A stretch of DNA of 64,000 bases. Source: Mucinivorans sp. Lineage in GTDB: Bacteria > Bacteroidota > Bacteroidia > Bacteroidales > Rikenellaceae. Position 1 is the stretch's first letter, and every line of letters starts with the position of its first letter. Of the stretch, positions 8,463 through 17,949 are shown in pieces. The notes below the pieces were generated by a model. That model was given only the letters and a program-made list of their open reading frames with translations. It was not told where the DNA came from and searched no databases. A program made the position numbers and the translations under genes. The stretch covers positions 12,630 to 76,629 of the forward strand of contig JAVVSB010000002.1 of assembly GCA_036654415.1 (NCBI GenBank). Direction: 5' to 3'.

Positions 8463-9833
8463 ATGAAAAAGATTTTACTCCCCACACTCCTCTTTTTTGT
8501 TTTATCAACCTTGGGCAGTGCCTCTGCTCAGGATTTAGGCGGGCTCATAAAAGGGTTTGGTGGCGGTAAAAATGGGGCCAAAGCCCAACAAGAGGAGCTG
8601 GCCAAAGCACCCGCTACGGAAGCCAGAGTGGCGGCTGTGGCCCAGCAGGCTTTGCCAGTGATAAATGTTCCGCTGGTTATCCACATTACCCCCAACACCA
8701 AACGGGTGGAGATGGAGCCCGAATGTAACCCAACCCTATATTTTAGCGACAGTATGCTCACCATGGAGCGCAACACAGATGGTACCTTTGGCTTTTTAGA
8801 CATAGAGGGCAATCTTAAGATAGGTTTTCTCTATAAATGCGCTGCTGGGTATGGAGCTCCCCAGTTCAATAGTGGGGTCTGTCCTGTGGTTATTGAAAAA
8901 GAGGGTAAGCGCAAATTTTTTATTATCGACAAGCAGGGCAAGCAGACAGCTCTGCCCGAAACCATGATAGAGGTTAGTAACTTCTGTCAGGGGCGCGCTA
9001 CAGCACAATATATGGTGGGGGATAAGGTTGTGAGTGGTTTTATCGATTCCACGGGTAAGATAATCTATCCAGATTTGGTTCGTCGCTCTAAGTTCGCCTT
9101 GGCCGACCCCGATGTGCCCTCACCTTTTGTCGATGGGTTGGCCCGTTTCTTTGACGTGAGCAACGACAAGTGGGGCTATCATAACCGCAAGGGCGAGGTG
9201 GTCATCGAGTCTAAGTTCTTCGAGGCTGGTGATTTTAGCCAATCATTGGCCGCTGTGCTTGTGGATGTAGATGGGGCCAAAAAATGGGGCTTTATAGACC
9301 CCAAGGGGCAATTTGTTATCCCTGCCAAGTTCAGTAACCGCCCTTCAGATTTTGCCTCAGGCTATGCGGTGGTCGTCAAATCCAACGACAACTACTGCTA
9401 CATAGACCAGACGGGGGCAGTTAAAAGTGGCGAGTACTATCGTGCCACCCCTTTCCACGGTAACCAGGCTTTTGTGCGGCCGCTTGATGATAAAGAGGTG
9501 GTTCAGGCTCTCAATAAGGAGTTTGTAGTGGTTCACACCACCGATAAGTTCTCTTTTCCCACCTCTTTAAAGGGAAAATACAATGATGTGGTCTTCTGTG
9601 ACTACTCTTTGGCAGCTGTAGGCAATGGCACGCCTTATAACTCGGAGCATAAGTATCTGGTTGACACCATAGGACGCACCATAATCAACAATGCCGGCAT
9701 CAATAGCAAGCTTTGTAACTTCTTCTCTGGCTTGGCTTATGGGGTTGTTAGTGTGGGTGTGGGTGAGACGGCCACGGGATTTTTCAATCGTCAGGGCGAG
9801 GCTGTTTTTATCTTTTGCAAGCCTGAATTTTAG
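8463..9833 (+). CDS. Secreted WG-repeat-containing protein
   Basis: Signal peptide from MKKILLPT; repeats such as KWGYHNRKGEVVI and KWGFIDPKGQFVIP alternating with F-x-x-G-L-A motifs. Confidence 0.85.
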   Translation: MKKILLPTLLFFVLSTLGSASAQDLGGLIKGFGGGKNGAKAQQEELAKAPATEARVAAVAQQALPVINVPLVIHITPNTKRVEMEPECNPTLYFSDSMLTMERNTDGTFGFLDIEGNLKIGFLYKCAAGYGAPQFNSGVCPVVIEKEGKRKFFIIDKQGKQTALPETMIEVSNFCQGRATAQYMVGDKVVSGFIDSTGKIIYPDLVRRSKFALADPDVPSPFVDGLARFFDVSNDKWGYHNRKGEVVIESKFFEAGDFSQSLAAVLVDVDGAKKWGFIDPKGQFVIPAKFSNRPSDFASGYAVVVKSNDNYCYIDQTGAVKSGEYYRATPFHGNQAFVRPLDDKEVVQALNKEFVVVHTTDKFSFPTSLKGKYNDVVFCDYSLAAVGNGTPYNSEHKYLVDTIGRTIINNAGINSKLCNFFSGLAYGVVSVGVGETATGFFNRQGEAVFIFCKPEF

Positions 9834-9847
9834 TGGCTCGCTTTTCT

Positions 9848-10864
9848 CTATTTCAAAAATATGCCCTCTGCACCCAGAGAGGAGCGCATCTGTTCACTCC
9901 ACAAACTAGCCTGAACCTCTCCGATATGTGCCGTGCGCAAAAGGAACATACATAGGCGCGACTGACCGATACCACCACCTATACTCTCTGGCAAAGTGCC
10001 ACCCAAGAGAGCCTTATGGTAGGGCAACTGAGCCTTTTGCTCCAGGCCAGCAGCACTAAGTTGAAGCCGCAAAGCCTTGGCATCAACCCGCACACCCATA
10101 GATGAAAGCTCAAAAGGGGACTCCAAAACAGAATTCCACAAGATGAGGTCTCCATTGAGTCCATAGAGTCCATCCTGTCCAACACTCGTGTAGTCGTCGT
10201 AGTCCACCGCCCGTCTATCATGAGGTTCACCATTGCTTAAAGGGGCCCCAATGCCGATAATAAAGACGGCACCATACTCCTTGGCGATGGCCGCCTCGCG
10301 CTCTTTGGGGCTCATGGTTGGATAGCGTTGCAAAAGGTGTTCGGCATGGATAAAATATATCTGAGGTGGCAGCGCGGGGGTGATATGGTTATGAATGGCG
10401 TAGAGTTGCGCCTCGACCTCCAAAAGGGCCTCATATATCTGGTTCACAGTCTGCTTAAGGTAGTCCACCGTGCGCTGTTCGGGCAGGATGCTCTTCTCCC
10501 AGTCCCACTGGTCGACATAGAGCGAGTGGAGCGCATCGAGTGTCTCGTGGGGGCGTATGGCGTTCATATCGGTGTATAGACCATAGCCAGGGGCGATGTT
10601 GTAGTCGGCCAACTTCAGCCTTTTCCACTTGGCTAGCGACTGCACTACCTCGGCACGCTGCCCCCCCAGGTCGTCAACCTCAAAGCTCACAGGGGGGCAT
10701 CCGCCACCTAGGTCGTCGTTGATGCCGCTGCCCTCGAGCACAAAAAGGGGTGCGGTCACGCGACGCAGCCCCAAACGCGAACTCAGCGCCCGCTGGAATA
10801 GCTCTTTTATCTCTTTGATGGCCGACTCGGCAGTTTCGGGAGTCAATTTAGCGCGGTATCTCAT
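9848..10864 (-). CDS. asnA: Aspartate--ammonia ligase
   Basis: VVQSLAKWKR, LYVDQWDWE, SIGGGIGQSRL. Start set at MRYRAKL. Confidence 0.93.
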   Translation of the reverse strand: MRYRAKLTPETAESAIKEIKELFQRALSSRLGLRRVTAPLFVLEGSGINDDLGGGCPPVSFEVDDLGGQRAEVVQSLAKWKRLKLADYNIAPGYGLYTDMNAIRPHETLDALHSLYVDQWDWEKSILPEQRTVDYLKQTVNQIYEALLEVEAQLYAIHNHITPALPPQIYFIHAEHLLQRYPTMSPKEREAAIAKEYGAVFIIGIGAPLSNGEPHDRRAVDYDDYTSVGQDGLYGLNGDLILWNSVLESPFELSSMGVRVDAKALRLQLSAAGLEQKAQLPYHKALLGGTLPESIGGGIGQSRLCMFLLRTAHIGEVQASLWSEQMRSSLGAEGIFLK

Positions 10865-11028
10865 GGTGGTACGGTTTTGGTTACTAATTTTGTGTGGTGT
10901 CTCCATCAGAGCCGTCTGTTTTTTTTCAGGAGCTACACAAGTGGAGAGATTACTCTCAACCATCTCGGCCAAAGTTTTTGGCTGATTTTTTCGGTGGAGT
11001 CACGGTGTCGGCGAGCTCAACACCGCCA

Positions 11029-11036
11029 CAAAAGTA
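11029..11036 (-). promoter_or_regulatory. -7 box (TACTTTTG) for asnA, implying a leader of about 160 nt
   Basis: TAnnTTTG match; a hairpin begins 3 nt downstream. Confidence 0.55.
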
Positions 11037-11051
11037 CAAAAATTCTCCTAA

Positions 11052-11091
11052 GAAGCTGTTTTAATTTGTTTTCAAAATTTTAAACAGCCTC
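11052..11091 (+). mobile_element. 40-bp mini-MITE with TAA target duplication
   Basis: TAA-GAAGCTGTTTTAATTTGTTTTCAAAATTTTAAACAGCCTC-TAA, with imperfect terminal inverted repeats. Confidence 0.75.
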
Positions 11092-11146
11092 TAAAATAGG
11101 TAAAAAATGGTGTCGGACAATAATTTGCCAAGGGTGATGGAAGAGA

Positions 11147-11229
11147 AAACAAGGGGAGAGATGCCGTACAGCTCTCCTCTTGTTTCTAAAAAAAATAGGC
11201 GAGCTGCCGTGTGTGGTAAGTCGCCTATT
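11147..11229 (-). terminator. Tandem terminator hairpins downstream of ndk
   Basis: Stems at 11194-11229 (AATAGGCGA/TCGCCTATT plus U-tract on the minus strand) and 11147-11185. Confidence 0.7.
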
Positions 11230-11233
11230 CTTA

Positions 11234-11258
11234 TGGAAAGAAGTTAAAAAAGAGCTTC
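11234..11258 (-). mobile_element. MITE end (subtype B)
   Basis: Minus strand reads TAA-GAAGCTCTTTTTTAACTTCTTTCCA, matching the left end of the copies at 3146 and 29424. Confidence 0.65.
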
Positions 11259-11273
11259 TTAATAGTTTGAATT

Positions 11274-11735
11274 CTAGGAGTCTATCTCTTCAGGGCTCAG
11301 CGGCAGGCTATAACGGCTGTCGATAATCTCACGGTCGGTGAAGAAAAACGAGGCCTCCCATGCTGCATTCTCATCCGAATCCGAGGCGTGGATAGCGTTG
11401 CGCGTCTTGCTGGCGGCATACTTTTTGCGGATTGTACCCTCAGCGGCCTTGGTGGGGTCGGTCGAACCTATTAGACGACGGAAATCCTCCACCGCATTCT
11501 CTTTCTCAAGCACCATCACCACAATAGGACCCGCGGTCATAAAGAGGTAGAGATTCCTGAAAAAACTCCTCTCACGGTGGACGTAGTAGAATTTTTCGGC
11601 ATCCGAGCGGCTTAGATAGGTCATTCGCATGGCTATGATACGGAACCCAGCGAGCTCAATCATAGCGCAGATGTTGCCAATGTTGCCATCGCCAACGGCG
11701 TTGGGCTTGATGATGGTAAAGGTACGGTTTGTCAT
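11274..11735 (-). CDS. ndk: Nucleoside-diphosphate kinase
   Basis: [11 protein letters not shown] and NAIHASDS (catalytic His). Confidence 0.95.
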   Translation of the reverse strand: MTNRTFTIIKPNAVGDGNIGNICAMIELAGFRIIAMRMTYLSRSDAEKFYYVHRERSFFRNLYLFMTAGPIVVMVLEKENAVEDFRRLIGSTDPTKAAEGTIRKKYAASKTRNAIHASDSDENAAWEASFFFTDREIIDSRYSLPLSPEEIDS

Positions 11736-11789
11736 GATGTTTATGTGACTTCTAAAATGTTTTTCTTTTCGTGTTGTACTTCGGTCTTA

Positions 11790-11923
11790 GAAGCTGTTTA
11801 AAATTTATTCAAAAGTTTTATTACGGCCCCTATTTTTCACCTGTAAATCCTCATCTACCCTGGTAAATTCTGGTTTTATAGGCAAAAATGATTCATAACA
11901 AATTCAATGAACAAAACAGTGTC
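11790..11923 (+). mobile_element. MITE-like element with TTA duplication
   Basis: TTA-GAAGCTGTTTAAAA...GTTTTATTAC...AAAACAGTGTC-TTA (134 bp). Confidence 0.65.
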
Positions 11924-12002
11924 TTAAAATTCTCATCTATTTCAAGTAAAATACCAGTTGTAAGAGCCGAGAAAATCTAATCTTTTCGGAACTCTCCCCC
12001 GA

Positions 12003-12890
12003 CTATTTTACAAACTCTTTTGCACGTTCTAAATAGCCCTTATTTAAAAAGTCCAGTAGGGTAGCGCGCATGGGTTCGGCCTGTACAAATTCGGGTTTGA
12101 AGCCCCAGCCGTGGCTACCCGTGGGGTATTTGACAAAGGCGTTGTCCACGCCATGTTTTTTGAGAGCCTCCACATAGAGCTCCGACCCACCTATGGGTAC
12201 GCAATCGTCGTCCAAGCAGTGGAATATTAAGGTCCGCCCTGTGGAGCTCTTGACATTGAGCTCCGAGCTATACTCTTTGTAGAGGGTGCTATCTCCATGG
12301 GTTAGGCTATATCGACTGCCACCGTGTGTCAGCTTGTCGTTACACATGGTGATAACGGGGTAGTAGAGCACCGAAAAGGCGGGGCGCAGAGCTCCTGTAC
12401 CCTTGGTGGCCAAGGTCGAGGCCAGGTGCCCTCCAGCCGAGAAACCCATCACACCCACCTCGTGGCGGTTGATATTCCACACCCGCGCACTGTCGCGCAC
12501 GATTTTCATAGCTCGCAAGGCATCCTCCAGTGGCACTTTATTGACTCCGTTGGGCAGGCGGTATTTAAGCACAATGCCAGCCACCCCGTTCTTGGCCAGA
12601 AATTCGGCCGCCCACTGCCCCTCGCTTCTCGAGGAGACTATCTCATAGCCCCCGCCTGGTACAATTAGCACAGCTTGGGTTGGTTTGGTGGCCCCTTGGG
12701 GTAGGTAGACAGAGATGGTGGGTGTGGTTACCGCGCTGAGGTGACCCCATTGGTCGCTACTCTCGGGGCCCGTGACTCCATTGACATGGCGTGGTTGGTG
12801 GGCACCCGACCATAGGTTCACCACACGTGGTTGTGCCAAGCAGGGCAGGGCCACCATAAAAGAGAGGAGTAATAATAATTTTTTCATCAC
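12003..12890 (-). CDS. Secreted alpha/beta hydrolase (esterase)
   Basis: Signal peptide; PGGGY oxyanion motif, GFSAGG nucleophile, DDDCV and HGWG. Confidence 0.88.
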   Translation of the reverse strand: MMKKLLLLLSFMVALPCLAQPRVVNLWSGAHQPRHVNGVTGPESSDQWGHLSAVTTPTISVYLPQGATKPTQAVLIVPGGGYEIVSSRSEGQWAAEFLAKNGVAGIVLKYRLPNGVNKVPLEDALRAMKIVRDSARVWNINRHEVGVMGFSAGGHLASTLATKGTGALRPAFSVLYYPVITMCNDKLTHGGSRYSLTHGDSTLYKEYSSELNVKSSTGRTLIFHCLDDDCVPIGGSELYVEALKKHGVDNAFVKYPTGSHGWGFKPEFVQAEPMRATLLDFLNKGYLERAKEFVK

Positions 12891-12930
12891 TATAGTTTTT
12901 TTAGACAGGTTAATGGTCTTTTATTTCATA

Positions 12931-12955
12931 CAAAGTTAAAAAATATATACCTTTG
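12931..12955. promoter_or_regulatory. Back-to-back divergent -7 boxes for the esterase and pgk
   Basis: TAACTTTG on minus at 12931-12938 and TACCTTTG on plus at 12948-12955. Confidence 0.7.
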
Positions 12956-12999
12956 TAACACTAATTGAGCAGAAATAATCAACTAAAATTATAAAAAAA

Positions 13000-14253
13000 A
13001 TGCAACAATCAATCGACACCTACAATTTCCATGGCAAAAAGGCCATTATGCGTGTGGACTTTAATGTTCCTTTGGACGCGGAATTTAACGTAACTGACGA
13101 TACCCGTATTCGTTCGGCCATACCCACAATTAAGAAGGTACTTTCTGGTGGTGGTTCAGTGATTTTGATGTCTCACCTTGGCCGTCCAAAAGGTGTCACC
13201 GACAAATTCTCGTTGAAACATATCATCCCCACCATCGAAAAGCTTTTGGGTGTAAAGGTTATTTTTGCACCTGATTGCCAAAAGGCTGACGCTCAGGCTG
13301 CTGTTCTTAAGCCTGGCGAGGTGTTGTTGCTGGAGAATCTTCGTTTCTATGCCGAAGAAGAGGGCAAGGCCCGCGGCTTGGCCGAAGATGCCACCGACGA
13401 GCAGAAGGCTGCTGCCAAAAAGGTGGTTAAGGCCTCACAGAAGGAATTTGTCAAACAGCTGGCCTCCTATGCCGACTGCTATGTCAACGATGCCTTTGGT
13501 ACGGCCCACCGTGCCCACGCTTCAACGGCTCTGATTGCCGAATATTTCCCTTCAGACAAGATGTTTGGCTACATTATGGAGGGCGAACTCAAGGCTATTG
13601 ACTTGGTACTCAAGGATAATAAGAAACCTTTTACGGCCATCTTGGGTGGTTCTAAGGTTTCGACCAAAATCACTATCATCGAGAGCCTGCTGGAAAAGGT
13701 AGACAACTTGATTTTGGGTGGTGGTATGACCTACACCTTTATGGCTGCCATGGGTGGCAAGATTGGGGGGTCAATCTGCGAAAAAGACCAGTTCGAGACA
13801 GCTCTTGCCATCCTAGAGAAGGCCAAGAAGTTGGGTGTAAACCTTGTTTTGGCCGAAGATGCCCTTTGTGGTAACGACTTTAAGGACGACTGTCAAAAAC
13901 AGACCTGCCCATCGGACAATATTCCTGATGGTTGGGAGGGGATGGACATCGGCCCCAAGGCCATGGCCGATTTTGCCAAGATTATTGGCAACTCCAAGAC
14001 CATCCTTTGGAATGGCCCTGTTGGGGTCTTCGAGATGCCCTCTTTTGCTGTGGGTTCACGCGCTGTGGCTGAGGCCATTGTCGAGGCTACCAAGAACGGA
14101 GCCTTCTCGCTTATCGGTGGTGGTGACTCGGTGGCCTGTATCAACCAGTTCGGTATGGCCTCGCAGGTGAGCTATGTGAGCACAGGTGGTGGTGCACTGC
14201 TCGAATATATGGAGGGTAAGGAGTTGCCAGGGGTAGCTGCAATTCGTAAATAA
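13000..14253 (+). CDS. pgk: Phosphoglycerate kinase
   Basis: [38 protein letters not shown]. Confidence 0.98.
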   Translation: MQQSIDTYNFHGKKAIMRVDFNVPLDAEFNVTDDTRIRSAIPTIKKVLSGGGSVILMSHLGRPKGVTDKFSLKHIIPTIEKLLGVKVIFAPDCQKADAQAAVLKPGEVLLLENLRFYAEEEGKARGLAEDATDEQKAAAKKVVKASQKEFVKQLASYADCYVNDAFGTAHRAHASTALIAEYFPSDKMFGYIMEGELKAIDLVLKDNKKPFTAILGGSKVSTKITIIESLLEKVDNLILGGGMTYTFMAAMGGKIGGSICEKDQFETALAILEKAKKLGVNLVLAEDALCGNDFKDDCQKQTCPSDNIPDGWEGMDIGPKAMADFAKIIGNSKTILWNGPVGVFEMPSFAVGSRAVAEAIVEATKNGAFSLIGGGDSVACINQFGMASQVSYVSTGGGALLEYMEGKELPGVAAIRK

Positions 14254-14266
14254 AATAATAGGCAAA

Positions 14267-14348
14267 ATGGTGGTGAGTATCCTCTAGGGTTCACCACCAT
14301 ATAAAAACTCAGGGGCAATACTATTTTAAAGTATTGCCCCTGAGTTTT
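14267..14348. terminator. Two hairpins; the second (14304-14348) is a 19-bp perfect bidirectional terminator
   Basis: ATGGTGGTGA/TCACCACCAT and AAAACTCAGGGGCAATACT/AGTATTGCCCCTGAGTTTT, between convergent pgk and GH2. Confidence 0.8.
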
Positions 14349-14369
14349 GTTTTGTGGTGTTACTCCTGC

Positions 14370-16400
14370 TTATAAGATTGATATTGAGCAGCTATCGGCT
14401 AAGTGGCCGCTACGCACGGTGAGCAGGTTCTCTCCGTGGGGCATCCCTATATTTTTCCAGACAAAGGTTCCGTAGCCGTCGTTGCTGGCCTCGGTCAACA
14501 CCGCCTTGCCGTTGATAAAGAGCTCCGCACTTTGGCAGTTGGAGAAGACCTTGATGGTCTGCTTGCCGTAGGGGCGGTTTTGCCAACGTCGCTCGGCTAT
14601 GTAGACAAATTTATCTTTAGAGTTCCAGTTGGCCTTATAGAAGTAGTAGGCATCTTTGGGCATCTGCCTGTCGAAGGTGACCATCCCCTTGTCGTTGATG
14701 CCTGGGCGCAACCCCTCGGTGCGATGGGCTGCTCCGAAGTCGAACATCACCCAGAGGAAGGTGCCCCAGAAGTAGTTCTTGGAGGCTATGGTACGCCAGT
14801 AGGTCTCGTGGTAGAAGGTCTGCCACTGCTCGGGGTGCCAATAGCTCTCTGGCACCACCTTTTGCAGGGTGTCGCTATGTTGGTAGATGCTGCCCCCTGC
14901 TCCATACTCGCTAACCCCCGCCTTAAGTTTGGGCCATTCGCGTCGTAGCCGTTCGCCCCAGGTGTTAAAATCCTTGGGTTCACCACCGTACCACCCCACA
15001 TATTGGTTAAAGCCTATGAGGTCGGTCACAAAGTTCAAATCGCCATCTTGGTTGCTGGCGGCCACGGTGAGCCGTGTGGAGTCCTCCTCCTTGGCCAGGG
15101 TGTTCAGGCTGCGCACATAGTGCAGCGGGTCATCGCCACGCTGGGTGAGTTCGTTGAAGAGCCCCCAAAAGAGTATGGAGGGGTGGTTGTAGAGTTGGCG
15201 TATCATCTCCTGTAGTTGGGTGCGCCCATTCTCCATAAAGGCCTCGGAGTCGTTGAATCCCTTGTCGCGATAGCCTCCTGGCCCCACAAAGGGTATCTCG
15301 CTCCACACTATAATGCCTGCGCGGTCGCACAGGTCGATAAAATAGGGGTCCTGAGGGTAGTGGGTCAGCCGCACGGCATTGACCCCCATGCCCAACATAA
15401 GCTCCACATCTCGTTGGTGGTTTTCGGGGAAGAGGGCGTTGCCCAGCAGGGCCCAATCCTGGTGTCGTCCCACGCCTTGTATGCGGAAGGGTTTGCCGTT
15501 GAGGTAGAATTGATTTTTCTCATCGACCTTAAAGTAGCGTAGCCCCACGCTGGTGGTCAGGCTGTCGAGGGTTATGGTTTTGCGTCCCGCCTCTTGCGCG
15601 AGGGTGACGGTGGCATGGTAGAGGTAGGGGTCTTCCACCGAGTGCCACAGGTGGGGGTTGATGAGGGTGAATGAGGCATCGACCTCAGTGCTGCCTATGG
15701 CGTCGAGCTCCACCAATTTGCTGTCCATGCCCACCGTGTCGCCTGCGGCCGAGAGCAGGGCGAAGTTCACCCTGGTGGCTCTACCGCCAGCGGGGCCGTC
15801 GATAAGGGCGCGTATCTGTACGTCGGCCCGCACATCGCTAACCTTGGTCTGTTTGACGTAGACCCCAGAGCTCGAAAAATCTTCGAGGCAGAAGTGGGTT
15901 GTGGGCACCACTATGAGCTCCACGTCACGATAGATGCCTCCATACATATTAAAGTCACCCAGCAGGGGCATAATGTCCAGATTTATAGCGTTTGTGAGCC
16001 TGACCCACAGCGTGTTACGCGAACCGATGGTTAGGTAGGGGGTTATATCCCAAGTGAAGGCGGTGTAGCCACCTTGGTGTTGTCCCACGTGTTTGGAGTT
16101 GACATAGAGGTCGGCTGTTTGGTTGGCTCCTTTGAAGCGGATAAAGACTTTTTTGCCTTTCCAGGCGGTGGGGGTCTCTATGGTTTTGACGTAGTTGGCC
16201 AGACCACGGTAGTAGTCCCATTTGCCGCTCAGGGCATCGAGGTTGAAGGTGTGTGGGAGGTTTACAGTGGTTGAAACATCTTTTTGCACTTGCCAGCCAG
16301 GCACATATTGCCAAGAGCGGTTAATGTTGATAATTTCGCGTTGGGCCCAGCTTGTTGAGCAGCTCAGCAGCACGGTCAAAAGGATTATCAAATGTTTCAT
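14370..16400 (-). CDS. GH2 beta-galactosidase/beta-glucuronidase family protein
   Basis: HQGGYTAF, GGIYRDV, VRLTHYP, WGLFNE (acid/base) and SEYGAG (nucleophile); signal peptide from MKHLII. Confidence 0.9.
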   Translation of the reverse strand: MKHLIILLTVLLSCSTSWAQREIININRSWQYVPGWQVQKDVSTTVNLPHTFNLDALSGKWDYYRGLANYVKTIETPTAWKGKKVFIRFKGANQTADLYVNSKHVGQHQGGYTAFTWDITPYLTIGSRNTLWVRLTNAINLDIMPLLGDFNMYGGIYRDVELIVVPTTHFCLEDFSSSGVYVKQTKVSDVRADVQIRALIDGPAGGRATRVNFALLSAAGDTVGMDSKLVELDAIGSTEVDASFTLINPHLWHSVEDPYLYHATVTLAQEAGRKTITLDSLTTSVGLRYFKVDEKNQFYLNGKPFRIQGVGRHQDWALLGNALFPENHQRDVELMLGMGVNAVRLTHYPQDPYFIDLCDRAGIIVWSEIPFVGPGGYRDKGFNDSEAFMENGRTQLQEMIRQLYNHPSILFWGLFNELTQRGDDPLHYVRSLNTLAKEEDSTRLTVAASNQDGDLNFVTDLIGFNQYVGWYGGEPKDFNTWGERLRREWPKLKAGVSEYGAGGSIYQHSDTLQKVVPESYWHPEQWQTFYHETYWRTIASKNYFWGTFLWVMFDFGAAHRTEGLRPGINDKGMVTFDRQMPKDAYYFYKANWNSKDKFVYIAERRWQNRPYGKQTIKVFSNCQSAELFINGKAVLTEASNDGYGTFVWKNIGMPHGENLLTVRSGHLADSCSISIL

Positions 16401-16493
16401 ATTATTGTCTCTATTTTTCATTTTTTTTGGTGTTGGGTTTACCCCAAAATTTTATCTACAAATTGGAGAGATGCTTGGTATATCTCCCCCTCG

Positions 16494-17786
16494 TTATAAC
16501 AAATTCAACAAAACAAAACAAGCAGCACCAGAAACGTAACCCGCCACTGCCAACAAAGATATCCGTCGGAAATAATACATGAATGTTATCTTCTCCATAC
16601 CCATAATGGTAACCCCTGTGGCCGAACCGATTATCAACAAAGAGCCACCCGTGACCGCACAGTATGCCAAAAAAGTCCAGAACTCACTGTTCATCGCATA
16701 AGCCCCCACCTCGGCCAAAGGATACATCCCCATGGTGGCGGCCACCAAAGCCACATTATCTACAAAAGAGCTCATAATACCGATGACAAAACTGATGGTG
16801 AGCGGATTACTAATGTGGCTGCTCATAAAATCACCCATAATACCCAACTGTCCCGAAACATTCAACGCCCCCACACTCATCAATATCCCCAAAAAGAAAA
16901 TTATTGTACTCATATCTATACGCGAGAGCACCCGACCCACACTAAGACGCGACTTCTCGTCTATCTGCTTCATCTTACCATACATCAAGTCGGTGTATAT
17001 CCACAATACGGCCATACCCATCATCACCCTCATAAATGGGGGAACACCACTCCAGCTGTTGAAAAAAGGGACCAACACCATTGTGCTCACGCCCAAAATC
17101 AAGATTATATAACGCGACTTGCGACCTACTTCGGGCATGGTGGCGTTCTCGACCTGTATTGGCAGCTGTTTACCAAAAGAGGATTTGGCCTTGAACCAAA
17201 AAGTCATTATCACCAAAGGCACCACCATATTGATAAGCGAAGGCAACAATAGCATCGAAATTTGATGCTCAGGGGTGAGGTTACCACCCGTCCAAAGCAA
17301 AATAGTGGTCACATCACCAATAGGCGAGAAAGAGCCCCCCGCATTGGCCGCCAAAATAATCATTGAGGCAAATATCAAACGGTCGTGTTTGGTGGGCACC
17401 AACTTGCGCAGCAGAGCTATCATCACCACCCCCGTGGCAATGTTATTGAGAATGGCCGAAAGAAAGAAGGTTAAAAAGGCCACTATCCACAGCAACTTAC
17501 GTTTATTGGTGGTCGAGATGACCGAGGTGATGACACGGAACCCCCCGTGAGTATCCACCAACTCAATGATAACCAGGGCCCCCATCACAAAGAAAAGGGT
17601 TTCCGAGGTCTCGCCCAACTGCTCCACAAAGAGGCTCGAAATATCCATGTCGGCCCCCACCGAAGCAGCAACCCATAAAACCACAGCCATTAAGAGTGCC
17701 GAAGCAGCCTTGTTAATGCCTATTTTATCCTCCAGGGCCACCATCAAGATGCCCAGCAGAAAAATTGTAACCATTAAGATAAACAT
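16494..17786 (-). CDS. nhaD: NhaD-type sodium:proton antiporter (IT superfamily)
   Basis: IELVDTHGGF, AANAGGSFSPIGDVTT, SSFVDNVALVA, TGGSLLIIGSATG. Confidence 0.85.
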   Translation of the reverse strand: MFILMVTIFLLGILMVALEDKIGINKAASALLMAVVLWVAASVGADMDISSLFVEQLGETSETLFFVMGALVIIELVDTHGGFRVITSVISTTNKRKLLWIVAFLTFFLSAILNNIATGVVMIALLRKLVPTKHDRLIFASMIILAANAGGSFSPIGDVTTILLWTGGNLTPEHQISMLLLPSLINMVVPLVIMTFWFKAKSSFGKQLPIQVENATMPEVGRKSRYIILILGVSTMVLVPFFNSWSGVPPFMRVMMGMAVLWIYTDLMYGKMKQIDEKSRLSVGRVLSRIDMSTIIFFLGILMSVGALNVSGQLGIMGDFMSSHISNPLTISFVIGIMSSFVDNVALVAATMGMYPLAEVGAYAMNSEFWTFLAYCAVTGGSLLIIGSATGVTIMGMEKITFMYYFRRISLLAVAGYVSGAACFVLLNLL

Positions 17787-17949
17787 ACCGCAATATTTTT
17801 TATTTACCTGCAAAGTTAATAACTAAATGGTGATTCTAATATCCTTACAGATATTTTTTAACTTTTTGTCCCCTCCTTCCCTCAGGTAAAGGGTTTTGTT
17901 TTTTATTCATAATTTTAATACCTTTGGCCTTGCAAACATTTTTCTGTTT

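Noticed and set aside
11052-11091. GCTGTTT...AAACAGC resemblance to Bacteroidetes type II-C CRISPR repeats
   Set aside because: Copies are isolated, variable in length and flanked by TWA; no repeat-spacer periodicity.
16494-17786. nhaD as a foreign gene because the plus strand looks A/C-rich
   Set aside because: Other minus-strand membrane genes show a similar skew, composition was not computed, and there are no mobility signatures.
17787-17949. Lysine riboswitch upstream of lysA
   Set aside because: The leader after the -7 box is only about 20 nt with no aptamer-like structure.
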